Below, piece by piece: positions 9,879 to 20,170 of a stretch of DNA of 64,000 nt (its first letter is position 1; the number at the start of each line of letters is the position of its first letter). Below the pieces are notes generated by a model. The model did no database searches, was not told where the DNA came from, and was given only the letters and a program-made list of their open reading frames with translations. The stretch covers positions 248,001 to 312,000 of the forward strand of contig JAYWIR010000050.1 in the NCBI GenBank assembly GCA_036172245.1, read 5' to 3'. This DNA comes from Raillietiella orientalis (lineage: Eukaryota). The position numbers and the translations under genes are program-made.

Positions 9879-12373
9879 TTACAGCAACCGTTCCACATGA
9901 CGTAAATTTATGTGTCCACGCAGCGCACACATCTGCAGATTCTAGAAGGAACGATTCTGTTATTTATTGTTGCTGCCCATTTTTGCGACAATCGATACCT
10001 TGGAATATGCATGGCGCAAATTACGGTGCAACCGTCGAAATGCTTCACTTTGGAGTCGCCGCTCGCACTCGAGGACCTCCGGCAGCCCGCGATACTTTCG
10101 CATGGTCCGCTTGCATTTTTCGCGGTAGGAGATGACGGGTGTCACACGGGAAACTGCAAATGGTTAAAAACGCACGGCAGCACGAGTACTTACTCAAGGG
10201 GCACATCGTCCTGCTTGATGGTCCGCATGAGCCCTCCAAAACTCTCCGCCGGTTCAGCTGCGACGCTGCTTCATTGCGTTTGTGGAAGTCCAGCAATAAA
10301 AACTGCCTACGCTCAATGCTTCTCAGCCACCTTGGTTGCTTCAGGATCACGTGCTCGTGCAAGCAAAATGCCTCGATGTCCTTCGACACCCAGTGGCCAC
10401 TTTCATCAACAACCAAGAAGTATGCGCACTTAGGTGCCACAGATACTCCACTATCAGCCTGAGAAGCCGTCTGTATCGAGCGATCTGCCTTCTTCAGCAC
10501 GCAAGACGGATCCTTGGGCTTTTCCTTCTCAAACAGCATGTTACTTTTTGCATTCGACATGCGTTGTTTCTCACTACGTGTCATACATCCAACACTGAGA
10601 GTACTTCTTATCTCCCTAAGAACTTTTTGATACCTCCGTAGCTCATGTAGCTGCTCAGCTAATGCAACACTGAGCTCTTTCTCTCTACTTTTCTTAGCAC
10701 GTTTGTGCTTCATATCCTTGCGTTTTGGCTTACGGTGCTGGACATAAAAAGTCTTGGCTCCATTTGAGTTATTTGTGGATAATGAAGCACTAGAGCATGT
10801 CATGTGAATGGACACGGATGAGACAGGGTACGAGACTGAATCTACAGGGCTCACATGCGACTGAATTTTCTTACATGAAGTTTCATAAGGCAATGAGAGT
10901 GCTGATGAACTTTCAGAAGTGCTATACATGCCAACGGCATTTTGAAGATCACGCAATTGGCATGTCACCGTGAAGCACGTACTGACCAAAGAATCAAGTA
11001 GTGCTTCACAGGTGTGCATTAACCGCTCTTTGAGATTCACTTCACCATTACCCATGCCAGCACGCAACCTGCTTGGTACTGCTGGAACATTTTTGGTTGC
11101 ACTATCAGCATGAGGTACATCTATGCATGGAAGGTTTTCATCTAAAAACACGTTTTCCTTCCTTTAATAGTTCATCCACTTACTTGTACATTTCTTTGCT
11201 GAAAGATTATTCGAAACAGAGGACTGAAAAAACCTAAACAGATAATCATTAACACTGTAAACTATACATACTTGCTCAAATGTTTCCAATAATTGAAAGC
11301 TTTTATAATAAGGTCCATTGCATACTCCTGCTCTCCCACTATCCCCTTCAGCATGTCTTCAGTTTCACCTAGTGTTTGACAAGTTCCTCGTGCACTCCTC
11401 TGCGTACACTGACCCAATTCTGCAGGTGTCATCAATTTATGCCATGGTCTAATTAAAAAAGCTTACCACACATGATCTCATTAAATTTTTTAAATTTTTC
11501 TTCAAACTGAGCCAGTGGTTCCTGCTTCAAAGGATCCTTTTGACGATTAACATCTGAATGCTGGTTACACCTATAATTTGCATCTTTCAGAACACTGGAC
11601 ACAACTTGGGGCCAGTAAGGAGAATCACTATCCGACTCAACTTCTGTTCTTTTGGTCCATGCAAAATTAGGATTTAATTCAAAATTCTGTAAAATGGGAG
11701 AGGAATGAGAAATAGGTGGAGTGCTGTGGTAGAAACACTTCCTAACTGCCATGACGGATGCTTCTTCACTTGCAGGTGTAATTGTATGTGTAGAAGAACT
11801 CATACTAAGAGTTTGGAATTTTGTGCTTAAATTATTCACTGTTTTCAATGGAACAGAAGATTCTTTATTATCATGAAGTAGCAGTTGCAAACTAAGCTCC
11901 CTTGGTTTTAACTTCTCTTCATGATGTGCAGGAGCATGGACGAAATGAACAAACGAATCGGACAAGGAACTGGACTTCTGAGGAAATATTTGGAACACAC
12001 TTGGACCTTTGTCAGAATCTAGAGATCGTGACTTGGGTGTGTTTGAAACAGGCTGGAAAAACACTTCATTCACTGGTTTGAAATGCGAACTTTCATGTGG
12101 ATTTGAATGAATTAATTGCTGCGAATACGACTGTATTGCCATCTTTTCGAGTGGACTCAAGGGTGAAATTTCATGTTTCCATTTTTTGTATCCTAAATCA
12201 GCACCTTGATCCCATTCAAGGCGCCGTGATGATGAGGCACCACTGAGAAATGAAACTTCCGATATTGGGCTATGTTCAAAGGCTTCCTGATTTTCACTAA
12301 CACATGTAGAATCAGTTTCTGAGCATGAATACAACAACCGATAGTTGTTACCACTATCCTTATGAGTACTCAT
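9879..12373 (-). CDS. ALMS-motif-containing centriole/basal-body protein (Alms1-like), 6 exons, about 756 aa
   Basis: Exons 11467-12373, 11272-11419, 11184-11233, 10194-11141, 9999-10153 and 9879-9941 (introns 47, 38, 42, 40, 57 nt) total 2271 nt. The C-terminus LKQPRWLRSIERRQFLL...ISYREKCKRTMRKYRGLPEVLECERRLQSEAFRRLHRNLRHAYSKNLQMCALRGHINL matches the ALMS motif pattern (R/K-x-Y-x-x-LPEV). N-terminal RRLEWDQGADLGY resembles a motif I recall from insect Alms1-like proteins. The start codon and the 38-nt intron are less certain. Confidence 0.75.
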
Positions 12374-14719
12374 CGTAAAGCCAACACATATTTATAAAGA
12401 ATTACATTGATTCCTTCGGCTGCTCCGACGAACCATTTGAAAGAGACAGTAGAAATGAAAACCTTAAAATACAACATCAGTATCAAAACGCAAAAATACT
12501 CTTGCGACGTTCACCTAGACTGATGCAAAATTGACATGAAAAGGGCAACCATCGTAAGAGGCACCATCGACCTTCTAGCAATAAACACCTCTGGAACGGC
12601 AAATTATGACGAAGAAACACGAGAAACACCAACCTTTTCCCCGATCTCCAATAAACACGTACACTATGCTCCCACTCAAGTTTAAACTGAAAGCTCACTT
12701 TTCTAACCGTTAATTTATGCGCCACAATGTTATCAACTGCTAGTGAAATTTATACGGAAAGTTTTCTTGTCCTTTGAAGAACTGTGAAAATATGTTCCTA
12801 GAATGTATGGTTCTAGAATTACGATGTCAACAAATAAATTCTATATCCTCAGTTGTCCAAATTTCTTCCAATCTTCCAATTGCAATACAGCACTGGCGAT
12901 CGCAATGCTTGCAAGATTAGATTTTCTACTCCATTGCAAATCATCGAAGATGAGAATTCACGTTAATTATACATCGTTCGATGCACATCACTTATTTTTA
13001 TTTGCAAAAAATGATGTACAGATCGTAGGGAACGTTTGTGGAACTTCAAAATAATTCACAAAGTACGAGTCTAAAGTAAGTGTGCGTATAAAATTCTGGA
13101 ACGATATGGAGTTATTTTTATTGTCTCAGCTTTTCTCTTGCCGCCTGAACTCAATATGCTCTCATATGCAGATTCAGTAGAATTCGAATTCATTTACGTC
13201 GTGTAGTCGATATCAATTTTTAGGCTTCCTTCGCCTGGGAATCATGGGAAAAATCCTCGGCAAAATCTTCTGAATGCTTGATAGTTTTTAGAACATCACG
13301 ACCGACAAACCTTTACGATGATACTGTTTTGACTCATCATCATGCATCTTCCGAAGAACTGTCTGTAGTAGTAAAAAGTCGTATAAGATTTTTGAAAATT
13401 TTTAATATTCGTTTGAACTAATCTTCAAGAAACGTCTTGACAATTCAAATCTTTCACTTAAATAAGTAAAAAATTATCTTCTTGCCTAAAGCTAAGCAAA
13501 ATCACATCTGTTATTTCAAATGAAAAAATGCTAGGATGTATGCTATTAGCTTAATAGTTGTGACAAAGAGTATGTCGAGTCGATCAATTTTAATAATGAA
13601 TTATCATATAGTCATGTGCACTCATCTTACATTAATTGTTCTGCTTGTTTAGCGCAGAATAAATTCAGGGTGATAATTATGGAGACTGTTCTTCAGTACA
13701 TGATAATTTCGTCACATGAAAAAGCAATGATATTCAAACTTTTCATAATCACTCAGAAGCAAAATTTTTATTCCATCAAATATCTTTTTTTTTTTTTGTT
13801 TCAGGGTCTATAAGGGGAAGGCACTTTCTTTTTTTTTAAGTCCATCCATCAGGGAACGAAAATACAACCAAGAATAGTGTTCACAAGTCTCAGTAGTCCT
13901 TGGTTACAGTCTTGAAATGATCACTACAAGAGTGTTACCAGCCACTTTGTTTTTCAAATTTTGCTTGGGCGAAAATCAGAAACGAAAATTTGCAGGGCAA
14001 GTGTACAAATATTCCATTGGTATGGAGAAGAACTCAGGTTAAAACAGAAATCGCACGAAAGTCTTTCGAAATATGTGTTCATCTGAAAAGCTGGAAATGA
14101 CACTTTGCCGCATGAAATGTTTTGCAAGCTCAGAGCCGAGCTTTGTAAGATTCCAGGCCTCATGAAATGCTTATGATTAAGAAGTTTTCAAGCTGGTTGA
14201 TGAAGGAATTTACAATTCTAAAGTTCATTACGCATGAGCTCAAAACTCCTCGAGTGATGGTAATATCGTAAATGAAGAGATGAAATCAAGCAGACAAATC
14301 TAACCGTTTACTTCCAACGTACTAAAAGCAGAATGAAACTGTATTGCGAATCGGAAGTGCATTCTCATGAACAGGATTTTTCTTAACTATGTTAAGGCAG
14401 CGAAAAAAACAAATTACCACAGAATGATGCCACTGTAATAAAAGCGGGATCAGTCTGCAACAGCATCGAAAAAAAACATTTATAATTCGCTTAAAATAAG
14501 TTGATTTATACTACGCAACTTGTGGTGTACAGAACATCTACTACAGCAGGAAATGCAAGATTTGTCATTATCAGCCGAGCAGTCGTAGCAGTGTCACTGT
14601 GCGATGTTTATCAAGTAAACAAGATCTTATAAACGGTTTGCTTTGCATCCATCACATTCAAAATTAGCAAAGTTTAAAGACCTGGCTTTCCGGATAAGCG
14701 GAGGCACCGCTGCATCCGA

Positions 14720-16560
14720 TTCAATGACTACCTCCTCTCAGGACCGTGTATTTTGCATTTGCCTGGCAACCGACCCCGCGCTCTTTGCGACTGTTTAGCG
14801 AAGGCAGCCATTCGGAGCTCGGAAAACCGAGAAGTCCACTGTTCCATCGGAAAACTGGACTCGAACCTACCTTTTTAAAATGGGTCTCATTCTAAGCAGT
14901 GCTGATCTCGAGGGATCTATCTCGCTCTTAGCAAAAGAGATCCCCAATTCGAGCACGTTAAAGTTATTGTACCATTCATCCAGGATTACTTGGTGTACAG
15001 TGACAGCGGCGATCTCGTGGTTGACCCCACGGAACAAGGCATGGCGCTCAACGGAAAAACTATCAAGGTTTTGTTAGAAAATCGAGCTACGGTCGTGCAT
15101 CTGGACGGAGTGAACCTTTGCATGCGTCAAAAGGTGATGTTGAATCACTCCCCATAGTACGAGAAAGTGGTAAAAATCTCAGAGAACCACGTCATGGACA
15201 AGGTTTTCTCGGGTGAGGCGTCCCTAAACAAGATCGTTTAAGAACTCGAGGACCCAGAGTCAGGTGTTCCTAGACGAGCTGTAGCCTGGCGTCCAAGCGG
15301 ATTGCCGGCAGCAGTTCGACTTTTTGCAGGAATGTGTAGCGTGTGGCCGCAGGACCAGCGTGTTTCCTAAAGCCAGCTGCTGGAAGTGCGGCAAGACGGC
15401 TATTTCGGAACGGGGCGCACTCAGCCACAGGGGTGCTACTGCTGCGGAGATGCAGCACACGTTGTGCGGCAAGTACAACGCCTATGCTCTTACCAACGTG
15501 GAAGGCGAGATAGCCCCTCTCGAAAAGAACCTGAAAGCCGCCAAAGAGGATGGAGTTTGGCGCTGTACGACGCCCGAGGAAACAAAAGAAGCGTTCGAAC
15601 AGTGCTGTGCCCAGTTCTTGCGGAGCGGACTTCTCCCGAACAAGGAGAAACAAAGGATTCTCCATCATGTACTTGAGAAGCCAGCAGCAGTGGCTAGTAG
15701 AGCAGGACATCACGGAAGGAGAGATCAAGACACCCTACGCACAGCTACGCAAGCATGTAGCGGTAGGACATGACAGTGTTCCCAACGCGCGTTGCCTGCT
15801 GGACAGTGTCCTGTTCTATGAACTCGCTGGACGGATCGAAAAAGAAGGGAAGCTGCCTGCCTCTTTCCACGAGAGCAGCGTGCGATAGCCTCCAAAATGA
15901 GATCTCACCTTACCCAACCCAATGGTGGTAAATACTCATGTAAAACTGGATCTGGAATCTCCGAAATCATTGTCCTGATGGAGAGAGGATGGTTCCATGT
16001 GGCAAGCAATCCTTGGCATCTACATCATCCAAGCCTCATCGCAGGCAACGCATTGGGAGATGATTCTGTTCCAGTGTGGGCTCACAAGTCGCAAAATGCA
16101 GCAGATCTAACTTTAGTTTCAAACAGAAACAGTATTGGCAGCAAAGGTCCTGTTGGAGGCTGCTTGTCACCAGCTGTCAAGAAAGGTTGTCAGGTAGCTC
16201 AAGAACTCCCAAGGAATTTGTCCTGGCATGAAGGCAAGCCAAGAATGAAACCAGTATTCCTCTGTGGTCCGAGAAGAAGGTAGCACAAGCGCCTTGCTAC
16301 AGCCCTGAAACTTCAAGATACGCACTACCTAGATAGATCATCTGCCATGAATGTCTGTCCATGCTTCCCACGGCTTACTGGCGCTCTTGTATGGGACAGA
16401 TGACCTGAGAGCTGCTGCAGTTGGGCAAAAGGAGTGATGGGATGAAACTGATTCAACATGTCAAAAGGAGCACTGTCTCGCCATCCAAACCAAGAGTAGT
16501 TCCCCAAAGCAAGGAAATCCGGTAGAGAGAGCTGGCCATGGTGATACCATTCCTCCCATG
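14720..16560 (+). mobile_element. Degraded L1/Tx1-like non-LTR retrotransposon (ORF1 zinc-knuckle region plus fragments of the ORF2 3' end)
   Basis: Frameshifted CCHC-like knuckles (CVACG..., CWKCGK..., GCYCCGDAAHVVRQ) at about 15330-15480. They are preceded by an RRM-like stretch GMALNGKTIKVLLENRATVVHLDGV with in-frame stops, the architecture of Tx1/ZCCHC3-type ORF1. Boundaries approximate. Confidence 0.55.
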
Positions 16561-19399
16561 GACCACAGAGAAAAAGCTCCAAAGAAAACTAACGCTGTCC
16601 ATTTCAGGTTCTTGTTCACCCTGAGGGAACACTATAACAGTCAGACTGCATCCCTTTAAGACTGCGTCCCTGTACGTGCTTGATACAACCTACGATGATG
16701 GTAGAGGAAATCTGGTCACAAACCTGGGATATCAGTCCTCAGGCCTCTAGCAATTGGAGCAATCATGTGGAGCCCCAATCTAGCTTTGAAAGTACAAGAT
16801 GAGCTCCCAATGTTTTGCCATGGAGGACTTTTGAGCAGCACAGGACAGGAGACTCCAATTTGAAGTTGTGATCAGCTTGAGGTAGAACAGAGAACCCTTT
16901 CCACATCTTTGTGTGCCAAACCATCCTCTGCAACTGAAAAGTGGTGAAGCATGCAGCATAGGTCAGGGTTTTTAAATGGAGAACTCTGATAAGACGAATG
17001 AAAATGCAAAGACATGTTCAAGAAACAGCAAGGTATATATTGATGGGACTGGTAAAAATGCAAATGGGACTCAGGGGTTGTGGAAGGATGGAACTGCAAC
17101 TACATTCTGAAAAAGATATAGGATGCAACCCAAGGCTGGTGAATCCTCTCTGGGAAGAATCTTAAACAAGAGAAGACATGCCATCCAGGATGGAGAGAGA
17201 CCTCTGTGTTGTTATGCTGGAACTCGTAATTGTTTCTTTGCTTTCTACAATACCTTTTGTCTTAGTGGCAAAAGAAGTCTTGAGAAGAACAGATTACCCA
17301 ATCACTTCTCAGAATGGAGAAACACCTAAAAGTTCAGTGATTTGTTTCTTTCTAAGATGGATTCAGTTTAAGTATGTCATGCATTTTGATTCTGATCAAT
17401 TCATGTCTCCATTGACAAGCACCTTATAAAGCACTCTGATTCATGTAACATGTTCAGCAGACTGCGTATTTTCTATATTTAAATTCACTCTGATGGACAG
17501 AGACTGAATCAACTTAAATCAAAGTACTCTTCCCTGTCTTAATTGCCTTTCTAACTAAAATACTTTGGATCCTATAAACATAACTTGGAAGCTGCAGTCC
17601 ATAAGAAAATTCAAGTGCTAGTGTGCTTGTTATTGGGAGATTTTGCAGAGCAGGCCATTCGTAATTAGTGAAGATGAATTCCATCTTGAAAACATTACTC
17701 ATTATTCTTTCCAATAGAAAGCAAATACTGTTTATTCTCTAATAAAATAGAAAATAAGATAATAAACAAGAAAGACAATAAGACAGGTTTGCGAAGCAAT
17801 CTTTTACAACAGAAATAAATAAAACTAATCAAGACCGATGCACCTAAATTAAAAGTGTGCTGAAATGGTGTCCAACCTGAGAGAAGATGCCCACACTCTC
17901 AAAACAAAAAAAACCATCAGCAGTGTAGAAATTGCAATATAATAAAAAGGAATTGCCTTAGCTATAGGTTTTGTAGGGTTACAGATTTTAAATCACTTAT
18001 GTACTTTGGCTGCCTCGGTACAGTTTTATCTATCAGCATTTCTATTTACAAATTCTAAAATTCTTCACATTAGGGTACGATTATTTACACACGTTTCCGA
18101 TACATGTTCACAATTGATTAAACGATCTAACTGAAATTGCTTTTTAAGGACAATCATGAGATGTTTTCATCTGTAAATTACTGTGGGCACAAAATATTTA
18201 TTGAATTTGATTTGCAAGATTTTATAACTTTAATCATGATCTTTCCTTTGGATAACACAGTGTTGCATATTTCGCTTCCTGCAACAGTGTTACTATGAAT
18301 CTCATTTTCGTTTATGAGGTTTTTAATAAAAGAAGTTCATTTTGGCACCGTTCCCGTTTCATTCTGCAAAGAAAAAAACATCATCCTTGGATTATGTGCC
18401 AAAGGAATCAGAACTGCAGACACTGAAGGCTTGCCTATTACAACCATTTATAAAATCGAAAATGATTCGTTATCACGACGAAATAATTTAATATAAAGTA
18501 CATTAATAGGGACCATTCATAATAAAGCATTTTGGGAACATTAACCTCGAATAATATGCCAATCGAGCATTCTGGTTCTCCAATTGACACCCTAGTTTGA
18601 AGTTCCAGTTTGGATTTGTTCCAGTGTTTGTAGTGGTGATTTCCAGATAAACCGGACACTAGAAATTATTAAAAATATTTTTTCCTAATTTCGCAGGCTG
18701 TGAATGTTAAACTCTAAATCACGCTACAAGTATGTAAGGAATGACACCTTTATAAATCATCATCTAAAACAATGGTAGGGAACCTTTCTGTCACAGTAGA
18801 TCGCGTGTCTTCAACAAATGTAATGCAGACCAGCAGCTTAAATACAACAAATGCCATTTTCTAATGTTGGAGGATTTCTTTAAGTTTTACATAATTTAGA
18901 GAAACTCTAAATTTAGAGAAACTTTACCTGTCTAAATATCAGGTTAGGTATCTTACTCGAATTATCAATATGGGCACTGGGATGAAAGTCATAGGAACAA
19001 AACAATCATGTTGTTTGCATTTAATAGTAATTACCTCCATGTAACACGAAAATAAACAATTATTGAAGGGAAGCTAAAAGATTGGCACTCTAAAGAACGC
19101 CTTAGAAACATCCTAGAACACCAGTTATTTCTCAACCTTAAATTCATTAAACTTCAGTTATTCTACAATTTGTCCTCATCAGGTAGATTGAGCACATTAT
19201 TTAGTACCAAGTATACATTCTTTAGAATCGTTAAACAAAAAATGAATGGAAGATAAAACAGCTAACATCTGACGAAAGACATATAGTGAAATATTGTGCC
19301 AAAATTAATTTAAATATCTATGTAATCCTATATGTTTATGGCATTCGTTCATCTTTCTGTCAGTAAAATTAAGTAAACAGAAAATGAATTGACAGTATG

Positions 19400-20170
19400 G
19401 CTGAAGTGGAGTTCTGTTAAATGTCGCTGTCATCTACGAGAAACGTCACCCCATCGATCCCAGTCGCTGATCTCTTTGCCATTTCTGGAAATTCATTACC
19501 TTTCCGATGCACGGACAACGAGGTGTTTACGTGGGGTTCCTGGAAGTGCTTCCACATTGTACCGTGGTTTTCACATTGTACCTGGCGGTAATACAGCAGA
19601 CACTCACGATCTTCCCCCATCCAGATGTCAGAGAAACGCTGCAGTCGAGGGCATCCAAGACTGCACGACTCCTAGAGAGAGACTTCATGACATGAGACTG
19701 TCAGGCTCTAGGCACAAAGACGGGCTCGGTCCTCCCGGATCTCGTTCGCATACCTCCTCCGGTACATCTCCCTGGTTCCGTCCATGGGACCGCTTCTTTA
19801 GCCAAGAATCGGAGGACACCCATCGGGAGCTGCGTCCGCAAGGTTTCCTCCGCGTGGCAACACCTAAGTCCTGCAACGCCGGTTCCACTTCCTTCGGCTG
19901 GTCCTTCGCCTCGCGGCTTGCAGTGGCCGAAGGAAGAAGCGCCCACTTCGCTGCTGTTGCTCTGCTCAAAGTGAACCATGGGAGTGGGAGATGTTCAGTG
20001 AGCATCTCTGCATACTGCGTGGTTCGCACAAGCAACGGTGTGTTTTCGAAGGCGATGCTTCTGCACGAACTGCCGTCACAGCTGCAGTTCGTCTCAAAAA
20101 GTGCACACACTGGCGTTCGAGATGGGATCCTTGCGTGTGAGCAAATGCGTCACCACGAATGCGTCACATG
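19400..20170 (-). mobile_element. Degraded 3' fragment of an L1/Tx1-like ORF2 (zf-RVT-like region)
   Basis: GC-rich patch in AT-rich DNA. Across frameshifts the minus strand reads KWALL.SATA..., CCHAEETL...AKEAVPW and WGKIVSVCCITARY. This follows the W-x-LLH...C..C...ET..H...C..A..VW...AKY pattern of L1-clade C-termini. Confidence 0.4.

Noticed and set aside
18440..18840. RFIWK-containing fragment and a hAT/MITE-like terminus (caatggtagggaacctttc)
   Set aside because: Too short and degenerate; no matching second terminus or target-site duplication found.
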